Below are positions 1-13,336 of a stretch of DNA of 64,000 bases, piece after piece. Each line of letters begins with the position of its first letter. The stretch's first letter is position 1. The notes under the pieces were generated by a model. The model saw only the letters and a list, made by a program, of their open reading frames with translations, ran no database searches and was not told the DNA's origin. The translations under genes and the position numbers were made by a program. Source of the DNA: Callorhinchus milii (taxonomy: Eukaryota); contig NW_024704743.1 of NCBI RefSeq assembly GCF_018977255.1, positions 101,248,001 through 101,312,000 on the forward strand, given 5' to 3'.

Positions 1-1258
1 GGATTATTATTATTATCTGTTTGTATAAATCAGCTGTGTATCAATAATGCATGTAACTAATTGAGGCTTTCTTGTTTATCAGTATTATGTAGAAATTGTC
101 AGCTACATTTTTAAATTCCTTTGGATCACGATTAATGTCAATCATGGATGGCCAAGTTAAGAACTCATTTTGTGCAGTCTGGTGTGTTGTAACTTTTCCT
201 TTCAATTAATAGATGGACAAATGGGTTAACAAAGGAAGTCGGTACACTCAGCAGTACAGACAACAGGAAGAGTAATTCAGTATTTTATCCAGCAGATGTT
301 AACCTAGAAATGCCAAGTAATTTATCTACAATGTCAAAACAAACTGTTTTAACGAATACATACGTTAGAGACTTATTTATATTCAACTATTGCTACCATT
401 ATTCTGATGTTTTATGATGTTCAGATTTGCAGAGGTGGACTGTTTCAGAAACTATTGTTGTGACAGTGAAAGTAGTGTTGATTCTGTATGCAAATTCTAC
501 TATAATATGCTTACTGGCATAAACTATAAACAAAGGGACAATTTTCTGCAGCAGGAACATACTCCCTTTCTGCATTCTTCATGTTAATGTTTCCACTATA
601 AATATTTATGAAATGGGAATCCAACTAGTTCCAAGAGTTCATGTTCATTGGAGTACTTCTTTACAGGAAAGGATTTACATTTTGGTGATTAATGACATTT
701 GGAAGTATAGAATTGGCTTTACTTTCCACTGTGCAGTGCAGTTATAGTCGCATAAATCCCCAATAAACCATGCCTTTTTAAGGCTATTTCATGGATAGAT
801 TTTCTATTTCCTTTCTATTCAAAGAATGACTGTAGAACTCAACAAAGACTCCCAAGATCAAAACATTCCATGTTTAGTGGGTGTTTTAGTAAATTTTATA
901 TTGTGCAGTTAATTTGATTGCATTAATATTTTTAATCTATTCATAAATAACAGAAACTTTAGAGCTGAGCAAGCTACAAATATGAATGCCATTGTGGTGC
1001 CTATTGGTCTGCTAGCCAGCAGATGTTCTTGAGTAAAGTACAATACCTTCAAGTGGTCCAGTTTTCATTTATCTGCTACCGAGTTGAAAAGATTGCAAAC
1101 CCTTTCTTGTATGGAAACAATGAATGACTTGAGATTGTAGAGTTCAAATATTAATTTTGTAAGTTACTATTTCCATGATCAGAATGTACTGGAAGCTACT
1201 AGTCTAGATCAGTTGTGCTATTTTAGACTATCTGAACCAATTTTATTTCTTCTCTATT

Positions 1259-1370
1259 TAGCTGCTGCGTTTTGCCCACAAAATATACACTTTACAGTAT
1301 ATTCTGCGAAGTGCTTTTAGGCGTCTTGAAGACGTGATAAGGCGCTATAACAAATGCAAGGATTATTATT
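1259..1370 (+). mobile_element. tRNA-Ala/Deu SINE 3' fragment
   Basis: Matches the 3' part of the full copies; ends AAATGCAAGGATTATTATT. Confidence 0.85.
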
Positions 1371-3119
1371 TGTGTCCCTGTTGCTATTTCATCAATTTGA
1401 ACTGTAATCCTTAGGCCATTTTCTATTAACAGAAACTCCTAGTCAAAAAATCTGCAGGAGAGTTTGGTTCTTTCTGTTGCCTGCAGGTCACCATATGCTG
1501 AATCTGTTTTTTGCTTACCTATAATCTATGCTTGATTAAATTTGATCTGATTTTTCCTAAAGAATAATTTATATTGCCACCAAAATGAAACCATAAGCTC
1601 AATCTTTCCTAGAATATTAGTTTTCTGACCTGAGGTAATGCTGCTTTAGATCTAGTGTTGGGGAACTCCCCTGATACTAAAAGCCCAAATTTGCATATCG
1701 GCCTTGTCACTTAGTCTATATCCTAAACAGATCATTATCTTAAAAAGTAATGCTATGTGCAAGGTGCATCTGAAAGACTGGGCCAATTGGAGCAAACTCA
1801 AACAGGAATTTGCTGTCTCAGTGTGGCATCTACCATTTAAAGGATCCAGACTTCACCTGGGCTAAAGCCAAGCAGATCATATTTAGTAATGCAGAGCACC
1901 ATTGGCCATCCTAGCAACTAAATAATGGCTCACAGCCTAGTTTAATGAATTACATGCTGCAATATTAACCAAAGTTCAGAAAATCTTTAGATCCAGACAT
2001 GCTGGCAACCCAAAGTAAGAAAAGCTATTTCCATGCCAAGTCGCACTGTATCAAAATAAATGTCATCAACAGCCCAACGGTACAAGATTTGAGATCAGCT
2101 CCATGATGTTGGATTCCTAGGTTTAGTGAAAAAAATGCTGTTTCCAGTATCAGATCATCTCTTCAGAGGACAATTTGCATTGAAAGTACTTTGAAATATA
2201 AGGTTTGGCATCAAAAAGTTCATCACACCCTTGCTCAATTAGCAGAATCAAGATCAGGGGAACATTTCTAAAAGCTTGATACTGAAAAAATGCTTCTGAG
2301 GAGGAATTTCTTCTAGGCCACAGCTAATTAATATACATAAGGATTTAGATTATTCTAATAGCAGTTTGTTATGGCAGGGTGCCAAATAGAATTGTAGTGG
2401 AGAACATTTTACTGCTGTTTGATGCTGCAATTTCTTTTGTTCAGTGCAGTTTGTTTAAAACTAGCATTGTTGACTATTACCTACTTGCAGTCCTTACATA
2501 TGTTATAATAAGCAAGTTCAGTGAGATACTTTGACAGAATCCACTTGTATATTCTGAAGGCCAATACAGTCTACTGAACTATATCATGTGATTTGTATAT
2601 TGCCGAGATCTGTAAAATATAGTTTTATCAACTGCCCATATTTATACATTCATTTGCTTGCTTACATTAACGTCTTGCATTTGTAGGACGGGATTCAAGC
2701 CAGCGAGTCTGGTGCAGAAGGCTGAATCTCAGAATCCCTAATTTGGTATTCTTCCCCCAAATCTGACATTTTTGCCAACTGATATTAGTACTAGATAGGT
2801 GAAGGTCTTCAAAAGATTAAACCGATCATAATGATGGTAGCAGGATCTGCCACAGAGATGAATATGATTTCATTATTAACGTTTAACTTGAGTAGAGTTG
2901 GCACAGGCATCCTGGTTCCATGAAAATATGAGAAATCTATCTAAGAACATAATCTGGGAAATGTTTTTGACAACAGTGGCAATGCCTACACATTATCAAT
3001 AGGAATGTATCGTTGTTCATACTAGCCATCGTTGGTTCTACTTTTACAGGTACAAAGTGCCTTCTAACCCATTTCAAATAGTCCTTCACCATATGACCAT
3101 ACATTTTACAGGTCATGGG

Positions 3120-3440
3120 TACAATAAAACACCATTTACATTTATATAGCTACTTTCACATCGGGACGTCTCAAAGCATTTGACATTGCTGACTCGGCAT
3201 CTAGGATGGGAGACCGGGGATGGAGAGGAGAAAAATGACTGAAAGTGTGGTCCATTAGGTATGTCGAGAGGCTGAATTTCAATGAGATGAGAGAGCAAGT
3301 CAGAGTGATTCTGGAATAGAATTCTAGAGAGCAAGGGCAGACTGGTTGAAAGTCCACCTCTCAATTATGGGGTGGATAGGGCAGGGAACATAGGCCAGTG
3401 CCTAATGAGCAAAGAGAGTGGTTGGTAAAGTTGAAGGAGG
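3120..3440 (-). mobile_element. Old L2 LINE 3' end
   Basis: Degenerate L2 tail (catttatatagctactttcacatcgggacgtctcaaagc) and similarity to L2 copy 7143-8125. Confidence 0.65.
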
Positions 3441-4519
3441 TCCTAGAGGTAGGATACACCAAACTGATGATGGAGAAGTGCTCTTTAAATATAGTAGAAC
3501 TGCTTGCTATGCTGTTCTGTATAAAATATCCACAGAGACAACAATATGTACAATATTTCTCACCCTACCTGATTTCGTAGCAAATTCTAGTCTTGGTTTC
3601 ACCACATGGGAGGCTTAGCAGAAAGTGGGTGGTCCTTGGACCAGGTTCTGACGTCTCTGAGTGATGAGATGGGCGAAGAGCAGCGTTCGTAACTGCTTTG
3701 TAGGAAGTTGTCTGACCATCCTCTATCTGGAACGGTGTTTGATGACAACTTTGGTGGCAACTTACTGGCTGGGACGCCCAGTACTTTTAAAAAAAAATGT
3801 TGCTTGTGAAATCTCTCAACTCGGCCAGTTTTTTTTCCCCCTTCAAAGGACTGATTTGAATGCTGAAAATTGTGTTCTCTTTATACAAAACATTCTCAAA
3901 AATAGCTCTCCCTCTTTTTTCCCCATCTATCTTTCTAAGTCACTCTAACCAAGTACTCGCTCTCCCAATACTGTTTTACTTTTGATTTGTCAATTGTCCA
4001 TAAGTTACAGTGGTATATGCCTCTACTGTCTCTGATCAGGAGCCTTTCTGTTGGGAATCACGGATGTGTTGTACCACAAAACTGTCAAGTTACAAGTTAT
4101 TTTTGACAGTTTAACTAAAATGTATTCATTACATTTCTTTAAATTCGCATGTCTTGTTTTTCTGGTGTAAATGTTTAGAAGTTAAGCTAAAAACAAGTCT
4201 TGCTGTAGTTTGAAAAACATCTCAAGTATGTTTGAGTAATCTTATTGTCTTTCCCTATCACATAAAGAGGGACAATAAACAGATTGATTCAGATAAAGCT
4301 ACAGCCTTATTGAATAGTATCCTGTTTTTAATCAAAGTATTTTGTAAAGTTAGTTCCCTTCGGGTATCAAGGCTGCTGTTTCACCAACAACAAATTTCAT
4401 TTATATAGCGCCTTTCACGTCAGGAGGATGTCCCAGGGCGATTCGAGAGTGGTGGGGGCCAAGAGAGTGGAGATGGGAATACTACCAAGGCTCAGTCAAA
4501 AAGGAACATTGGAAGGTTC

Positions 4520-6353
4520 TAACACGGATTTGTTAAAGGCAAATCATGTCTAACAAACATGATAGAGCTTTTGTTGAAGTAACAGAGGGGGTGGATGAAG
4601 GCAGTGCAGTTCATGTAGTTTATATGGATTTTCAAAAGGTGTTTGATAAAGTGCCACATAAGAGATTTGTAAGCAGAATAGAAGCCCACGGTATTAAAGG
4701 GACAGTGGCAACATGGATAAAGAACTGGCTGGGAGGCAGAGAATGGTGGTGAACAGTTGTTTTTCTGACAGGAGGTAAGTGTGCAGTGGTGTCCCCCAGG
4801 GGTCAGTATTGGGACCACTGCTGTTTTGGATCTATATAAATGACCTGGACTTGGGTATAGGGAGTACAGTTTCCAAGATTGCAGACGATATTAAGCTAGG
4901 AAAAGTAGTAAGCAGTGAGGAGGATAGTAGCAGACTCCAAGAGGACATAGACAGACTGATAAAATGGGCAGACACGTGGCAGGTGAGGTTTAATGTGGAG
5001 AAATGCAAAGTGATGCATTTTGGGTGGAAGAATGAGGCAATATAAGCTGATGGTACAATCTTAAAGTGGGTGAAGGAACAGAGAGACCTGGGGGTTCATA
5101 TAAGTAATGTTTCGAAGGTAGCAGGACAGGTAGATAAAGCTGTTTTTTAAAAAAAAAGCATACAGGATACTAGGCTCCTCAGGCCTAGGCTCCTCCGCAC
5201 CTCAGGCGCTGACAGCATCAGCATCCAAGGCTGCACTCTCCACCTCTCAAAGCCAGTCAGGAACCTCGGGGTTCTGTTCGACCCTGAGCTGTCCTTTCTC
5301 CCTCATATCCGCGCCACAACTGGCACCGCCTTCCATCACCTCCGGAATGTCGACAGACTACGGCACTACCTCACCCCTCACGCTGCTGAAACTCTGGTCC
5401 ACGCCTTTATCACCTCAAGGCTGGACTATGGGAACTCTCTCCTCGCCGGCCTACCATCGGTGGCCGGGCCTTCAGCCTCTCAGCCCCGAGGCTCTGGAAC
5501 TGTATCCCCCAGTGCCTTCGCCGCCTCCTCCCTTTCCTCCTTCAAGGCCAGTCTCAAGACCTTTCTCTTTGACCGTGCCTTCAGCTCCCCTCTCGACGCT
5601 CTACCCCCCTCCTCGTTCCCTCCCTTCCCTCCCCTCACCCTGACCATTTCCCCCCTGCTCGGGTCCTGACCCAACTGTACAGCGCCTTGGGACGTCCTCC
5701 CGATGTGAAAGGCGCTCAATAAATGGAATCTTGTTGTTGTTGTAGACTTTACAAATAGGGACATGGAATACAAAAGTCAGGAAGTTATGATGAATCTTTA
5801 GAAAACACTGGTTAGGCCTCAGCTGGAGTACTATGTTCAGTTCTGGGCACCACAGGAAGAATGTCAAGGCATTGCAGAGGGTGCAAAGAAAATTTACCAG
5901 GATGGTACCAGAAATGTGGGACTTCAGTTATCAGGAGAGGCTAGAGAAGTTAGGATTATTCTCCTTGGAGCAGAGAACGTTAAGAGCAAACTTAATAGAA
6001 GTTTTAAAAATGATGAGGGGATTCGATAGGGTGAACAAGGAGAAACTATTTCCACTGGTGGGTGGGTCGGTGACACGATCAGTGATTTAAAATAGTTGTT
6101 AAAAGAAACGGGAGGTGAGGAGAATTTTTTTTCACATAGCGAGTTGTTCGGATCTGGAATGCATTGCCTAAAAGGGTGGTGGAAGCTGACTCCATAACAA
6201 CTTTTAAGAGAGAAGTAGATAATTATTTGGGGAGGGCAAGTTTGCAGGGCTATGGGGAGAGAGCGGGGGAATGAGATTGATTTGGATAGCTCTTTTCAAA
6301 GAGCCAGCACAGACCGATGAGCCAAATGTCCTCCTTCTGTGCTGTATGATTCT
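4520..6353 (+). mobile_element. 5'-truncated CR1 LINE (RT and 3'UTR), interrupted by an L2
   Basis: RT motifs [37 protein letters not shown]-terminal LEKLGLFSLEQR; tail TATGATTCTGTG; stops and frameshifts. Confidence 0.93.
5177..5742 (+). mobile_element. Young 5'-truncated L2 nested in the CR1
   Basis: L2 ORF2 C-terminal sequence, 3' stem-loop, (TTG)n tail; flanked by TAGGCT/TAGACT; internal deletion near 5456. Confidence 0.92.
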
Positions 6354-7142
6354 GTGAAGATCTTGAGACAGATCTTGAAGGAGGCGAGGGAGGGGACAAG
6401 GAAAAGGGGATTGAGTTCCAGAAGATGGAGACAGAAAGGTTGACTTCCGATGGTAGGGTGGACAGGATGGGGGGCATGAAGTGGGTCAGTGCCTGCTGAG
6501 CAGACAGAACGGGCGGGTTGATAAGGGATAAGAAGGTTGTAGAGGTAGGGTGGGGCAAGACAGTGAAGGGCTTTAAAAGTGAGGAAGGAGATCTTGAACT
6601 GGAGCTTCAAGTCTTTATGGTGTCTTAAATCCATTTGTAGCCCTGTATTCTGTAAATAGCTTGTCCATATTCTTGATAAGAAAAAAGGTTCAAAAGTTTA
6701 GGTGAAACAGTGCCAGCAGAAAGAAAAAGATGTGCAGTTTTATAGCATGAAAATGCCTCAAAGTACTTTACAGATGATTACTGTTTGATTTTGGAAGGAA
6801 CCACAGCAGTCATTTGGACAAATAATGTCATAATAAGGTGAATGACCAATTGACCATTGGAGGAATGTTGGCCAGGACCACACCTCAGTCTCTTCTCTTC
6901 TCCAGTAGTGTATAGGATCTTTTAATTTCCTGGAAAACAGACAAGCGGAACTTCACTCAGTTTAACACCTGAAAAATGGTAACTTTACAATTCAGCATTC
7001 TGTCAGTATGGTACACGATGCCTACACTATGAGGTCAAACTCTGATTGGGGGAGGAAGGGATTGAGCCCATAACTTTCACCTAGAGGTGAGAGAGTTTGC
7101 TCAATTTGAATCCCCTTGCCACTTCAAAACATAAAGGGAAAC

Positions 7143-8125
7143 TACAACAACAACAAAATTACATTTGTGTAGCCCCTTTCACGTCGGGAGGACGTCCCAA
7201 GGCGCTGGACAGACAGAGTCTCGGACCCAAGCTCGAGGTCGGGGTTCGGGAGGGTGGAGGGCAGGGAGGGGGCAGGGTGATCAAAAGCATGATCGAAGAG
7301 GAGGGTCTTGAGATGGGTCTTGAAGGAGGCATGGAGGGGGCGAGGCGGAGAGACTTGATGGAGTTCCAGAGGGTGGTGGCAGAAGGCCCACCTGCCAATA
7401 ATGGGGCAAGCGAGGCAGGGGATGTGAAGCAGGCTGGAGCCCACTGAGCTGCGAGAGCGAGCAGGACGGTAGGGGATTAGGAGGTCGCAGAAGTAATGAG
7501 GAGCAAGACCATGGAGGGCTTTGAAGGTGAGGACCAGGATCTTGAACTGTATCCTCGGTGTGATGGGAAGCCAGTGGAGCCGGGCGAGAATGGTGGTGAT
7601 AGGATCATGGAGCTTGGTACGGGAGAGGATACAGGCTGCAGAGTTCTGGATGATCTGCAGCCTATAGAGGAAGGAGTTGGGGAGGCCAACAAACAATGAG
7701 TTTGCATAGTCAAGTCTCGATGTAATGAAAGCATGTATGAGGGTTTCGGCAGCCTGCAGAGTGAGACAGTGGCGGAGCCGGGCGATGTTGCAGAGATGGG
7801 CTAAGGCAGAGCGGGTCATGGCACAGATGTGGGGTAGAAAGGATAGTTGAGGGCAAGGTCCCGGACTGGCTTAGCAAGGTGGAGTGTGCTGTCATGGATA
7901 GGTGAGAAGGTGCTGATGGGAGTCGATCAGGAGAGCCTTGGCCTTGTTGATGTTCAATTGAAGAAAATTAGCTCTCATCCAGGACTTGATGTCTGACAGA
8001 CGTTCTGTCAGGACAGTGGTGGTCCTGGAGTCGAGGGTGGAGGCAGAAAGGTAGAGTTAGAGGGGACCAAGGACAGAGCCCTGAGGAACGCCGCACGAGA
8101 TGGTGCGGGGGCTAGAGGAGAAGTA
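7143..8125 (-). mobile_element. L2 LINE 3' fragment
   Basis: ORF 7142..7819(-) HAFITSRLDYANSLF...LHWLPITPRIQFKIL; (CAA)n tail and stem-loop. Confidence 0.93.
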
Positions 8126-9059
8126 TGATGTGAAACCTATAGTTCTGTAAGATATGTGTGAAATTGATCGTTTGTGAACCCGAGAAACATCTATTGTGGC
8201 AGAGTTCCTAAAAGTGCTTTCAGAATTCAGGTTCAAAGAGTAAATGTATTCCTGTGACTAAACACTTCCCCAAACTTTTGAGTGTGTTGAATTAATGTTT
8301 GTTTGTACCTTGTTGTTCTACAGATTTATAACAGCTGGGTGAGGCCTTTTGATAGCCATTTCATGAAATATTTATGCAGAAAATACCACCTCTCCAATTA
8401 TATCCAGGTTGATCACATATGGTTGCTAGCCTCCATATTGGGCACTTGTCTTTAGTGTTTCAAATTCTGGCAAGCTTCTGTTACTTATTTGTACTCATTG
8501 TTCATTGCTTTCAGTGAACTGGTGCCGGGAGCCAAGAACTAATTGCTGAAACATCACATTACAGTGCACTGCTTCAGACTGACATGAAGATGGCAACTCT
8601 GATTGGAAAGCTAGGCACCACATCAGAATTTTATTTTTAAATGTTGCTAAAGATATGGGGTGGAGTTACTTTTCACACAAATATTTGAAGATCAAGTCAT
8701 TGTTGGGCTTTATCCTGGAATATACTTAAGTGAAAACAACTGGTTTAACCATTCAAAGTAAATATTTACTTGACGCAATGCTACTTTGGCTTCAGTACTT
8801 TCAACAGTGTGACATGTGATGCCCAGGATCTACTGAAAGCTTAGCGGTGCCGCTTTCAACACTGAAACGATTAAGAGCAGAAAGCCTGATTTATACTTCC
8901 TCTCCCTAATTGCATCAGTTGGGGCTAAAGCCATTTCTGTACAAATGTAACTAAGTACATGCCCAGGACACCAGTGTTTAAATGTTAGAACCTTTCACTC
9001 ATCTCAGCTTTTTATTAACATTAGAAAATTGACCTTTTAAAACTCTTGGATGGTCCATT

Positions 9060-9680
9060 GGATTGGCCAAGACTTTTCAACATGACTATTTGAGTGGAGC
9101 TCAGAATGATTGACAGGGAAGCACAATGGACAGTTGATGAGTAAAGGCATCTCGGAGTCAAAGTCCATAAATCATTAAAATCTTCACAGATGCAGAAAGC
9201 AATGGAATATAAGAGCAAATAAATGTTGTTTCAGTTATATAGAGTGCTGGTGAGTTATATAGAGTGTTTGAGGATTGTGTTCAGTTTAGGGTACCCAATC
9301 CTTGGAAAGATATACTGGACTTGGAGGGCTTCTAGTGACATTTCATGAGATTAATATCTAGGATAAAGAGGTTTGTGTATGATTAAAGGCTGAAGAGAAG
9401 ATGTATGTTTGTTGGAGTTGAGGAGGTTCAGGGGTGATCTAATTGAGGTATTTAAAAAGAGGGGAAGCTAGTGCACAAATAGTCCCTCTGGAAGAGGGGT
9501 CCAAAGCAAGTGGATAAAATCTTAAAAGTAGAATTAGGAGAGTTAATAGTGAGATCAGGGAACAGTGCAAATGTGGAACAAACTGCTCCAGAAGCCTGCA
9601 GAGATTGTATCAATATAATGGAATATTAAAAGGTAAAGGGAATCGGGGAAATAGGATTGTAGGATTGAAAGATCTGCCAT
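9060..9680 (+). mobile_element. Highly decayed CR1 3' fragment
   Basis: Colinear weak similarity to the CR1 ORF2 C-terminus at 32242-32860. Confidence 0.65.
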
Positions 9681-11384
9681 GACATAATAATAATACTTGC
9701 ATTTGATATAGCGCCTTATCACGTCTTTGAGATGTCTCAAAGCGCTTTTCACAGGATATACTGTAAAGTGAATTGACTACATTTTCTGGATGAATAAACT
9801 GGCAGAACAGGCTGAATCGCCTTTTTCTATAATTTGTACTTGCTGCATTTTTATTGTCCTTGAGCTGCAAATATATGGTCTTTGGAGCCAGATTTTCACA
9901 TAATTTCCTTTTGGATTGGGTTGCTTCATGTAGTTTTTATGTGGAATCATTGAAACTCGGCCATGAATGTGACTGAACTTCTAAATATTAACTGGAATAA
10001 ACACAGATGGGCAACTGCAATAGGACTGTGTAGATTGTCATGTACAATTTATTGCAGAAGATTACACATCTTCAAAAACAGCTACTTCATCATATCCCAC
10101 TTAGACTTTCCAACATACTCCTTGCTGTTTTCCCCACCTCCGCAATTCACAAGCTGCAGCTGATTCCAAAACTCCCGGTGCGCCCTCATCCCCTGCCCTC
10201 TCTGGCTACCTTTAGTGGTCATGCTTTCAGGTCAAACACCACTAATGTGTGGAACTTTCTCCTTACAACAATAACTTGCATTTATACAGCGCCCTTCATC
10301 ACATGGATAAATTTGGGATTGCTTCCTGACGGATCACTCTGTTGCAACTTTTTAGTCCTGCCTCAAATCCTACCTCTTTGACCGTGGCTATGGCCTCTCT
10401 TTCTCTCCCCAGCCCCTCCTTCCCAGCTCTTGTTCAGGGTCCAACCAAGTTCTTGTTGAGCATTCCATCTTTACCCAGGTGAAGGGTAAAGCAACTCTTG
10501 TATCTTTAAAATATAGAAACAAAACTATCTAAATATGCATTTATGGTCGGATTCTCCCTAATTTTTATTACTTTCCTGACCTAATGAAAGTGTCAGTGTA
10601 TAGTGACCCATTTGGGCAATGACAAAATCTTTGAATTTTTTTGCTGAGCAGCATGTTCCAAATGATTCGCAGATTGCCATAGGCTGTAGGCGATTCCCCT
10701 GTGACTGCAGTACAGATCAATCAGTTTCTCGTCAGTGTCTGACAGATTTAATAGAGAACAAAGCCAAGCATCCACATTTATATTTTATAGACTTTTGGCT
10801 GTTAAGGAAATAATTTGCATCTATCCTCATTAACTGTAAGTCAGTGTTTTTTAACTACATTAACTTTTTAATGTAGTTTTAGTGAGGGGTTTTCCTGAAA
10901 AAAGAAAAAAATTGCCAGGGTATTAAATGTAACTTTTTATATCCTTTTCCTTACGTTTTATTTTGGCATTCACTTAACATAGTCTCTCGAGAGTGCAAAT
11001 AAATTTTTGTTCAAGAATGTAGAAACAACAGCAGCAACGACTTGTGTGTGTTTGAGATTAAAAGATGGGAGTCGTATTATTAACAACCATATGTGTCTTC
11101 CAGCCTTTTTTTGGGTCAGCTGACACATGCGAAAACCCATCACCGTGCTTAAGAGTATCCAAACCAAACTGATGTGCACATGTGCATAATCAGATTTGGT
11201 GATTGCTGGTGTTGTAGCCCCAACTTCTGCATGTAAGCTCCATGCTGATAAATGGACATGTAGATGAATGGCATGCAGATAGATGAGCTGTCTACTATCG
11301 GGCGTTTTTAAATTGAATGCTAAAATTAGCAGAATGTCTTCTCCAATATTTCTCTTGGAACATGTAATAAAACAATTTTATTTA

Positions 11385-11649
11385 TTTTCTAGAAGTCTCA
11401 AAGTGCTTCACAGAATATACTGTAATATGAATTGACTGTATATTTGTGGGCGAAAAGCGGCAGCCAATTACGCACAGCCGTGTCCGACAAAAAATCGTGG
11501 ATTGAAGTGACCAATTTTTTATTATTGTTTTTTTTTCTTGAGGGATTATTATCAGGCGTGTGGAGAAAGGAAACTTCACTCTGCCAGGAATTGAACCCAG
11601 GTCTCTCATTTGTGAGGCAAGTGCTCTAACCACTGAGCTACAGGACTCC
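11385..11649 (-). mobile_element. tRNA-Ala/Deu SINE, short form, tail lost
   Basis: Head GGAGTCCTGTAGCTCAGTGGTTAGAGC on the minus strand with Pol III A/B boxes. Confidence 0.9.
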
Positions 11650-12359
11650 AATAGATAGTTTGGGACGTATGTGCATGCAACCACCAGGAAGGTGGAAGGC
11701 AAACTAGATGGACCTTGATCTTTTTTTATCTAGCTTTTCTTATGTTCTGTCCTGCTTATAGATGTTTTGATAAAACTATTGTTTGAAAATCAGTTTGTTT
11801 CCAACTACACTTTGCACTATTACAGTAGAGAACTTGATATCTGGACTAATTGGGACCAACACCATTGTGAATATGAAAACAATATAGAAAATAAATCTGT
11901 GTGTGTCTCTTTTTCTGCCAGTTCACTGCCAGTTCAGTCTGCTCGTTAAAATTATGATTCTTGACAATACAGTTTGACTTATATTCTGCATCGGCTCTCA
12001 GTGTGCACATAGTCAAGTATCCGAATGGTTAGTGTGTGGATATGCAACATTCTACCAGAACCATTGAAATATACAGCACAGAAGGAGGTCATTCAGCCGA
12101 TGTGATGTGTCTGCGTTAGCTCTTTGAAAAGCAGTTCCTTCAGTCACATCTACCTTTTTTTTCCCCATAACCCCAAAAATTACTTTATACATATACTGTA
12201 TGTCATTTTATTAAAAAAATCAGTCTAGAAGTGTTATTTCTCTTCATTTTGTCAGAGGAGCTGTTTCTGCCACTTTATTGCAAGTGCAAGGATTTACAGA
12301 GATTTAAAAGTGAAAGCAAAAGCTATAAATGGGAAAATAAGTCTGCATTTATACATTAC

Positions 12360-12695
12360 AAAATGATATTTGTAAAGTGACTTTCACATTGGGAAAACGT
12401 CCTAAGACCTGAACAGTCAAGTGGGGGGGGGGCCGGGAAGCAGGGAGGGAGGTTGGAGGGTAGGAGTGTGGCCGAAGGCACGATCGAAGCAGGGCGTTGG
12501 CATAGTCGAGCCTGGTTGTAATGAAGGTATTTATGAGGGTTTCGGCGGCGTGAGGCAGTGGCGGAATTGGGCAGTGTTGCGGGAGTGAGGGAAGGCAGAA
12601 CGGGTCATGGTACAGATGTGGGGAAGAATGTACAGTTGAGGGTCAAACAAGACGCCTAAGTTCCTGAATGGCTTGGTGAAGTGGAGTGTGCACTG
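12360..12695 (-). mobile_element. L2 fragment with internal deletion
   Basis: Similarity to 7143-7890. Confidence 0.75.
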
Positions 12696-13336
12696 CTTAT
12701 AGTTTTAAAGGGATAAATTAACTGTTGAATGTTTTCTATTTGGTTTTATGCGAATAGCTTTGTTAATAATTTTTACTTCATATTTTTAGTCTGGTAATTC
12801 CTAGTGTGTATGGTATGTACAAATATAATTTACCTTATATTTTTCTGAAGTCGAGCCTGTTACCATTGCCTATTAGTAATGTACAATAACCAGTTTTGCC
12901 AGCTCTGGATGATGTTTGAAAAGCTGTAGATCCAGAGCAAGTAAGCCTGGCAACGTTCACATTCACTAGAACATTTTGATGCTCATTGGTATTTCATTTT
13001 CAGCAAAATGTTTGTACATGCATTAAACTTTCTTCAATTTGCTTGTCATGCAATAATAGTTGAATTGTGGGAGGACCAAGGACTCAATTTTCAGTCGAAT
13101 CTCTCGGCTTCAGCTGCCATTATTTGCATAGTAGAGAAAACCCAAAAAAACATTCTTTGTGTATGTCTGAACATAAAGACACCCACACATATTTGACATC
13201 ATTTCACATGGGGTCTTTAGATGCCATATAAAAACCTTCAATCTGATCATCAGTACTCCGAAACCCCTTGAGGTCTACAATATAAAATCGATTGAGCAGA
13301 ACAATTCATACACAGCAGTTGTTTGACCGTGCAGTT

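Larger units (their letters stand above)
4383..6610 (-). mobile_element. Old L2 3' end split by a CR1 insertion (pieces 4383-4518 and 6355-6610)
   Basis: The two pieces are colinear with the intact L2 3' end at 7143-7560. Confidence 0.75.

Noticed and set aside
640..670. TACTTCTTTACA, a 12-nt match to the reverse complement of miR-1
   Set aside because: Most of the seed complement (TTCCA) is missing and there is no complementary arm; treated as chance.
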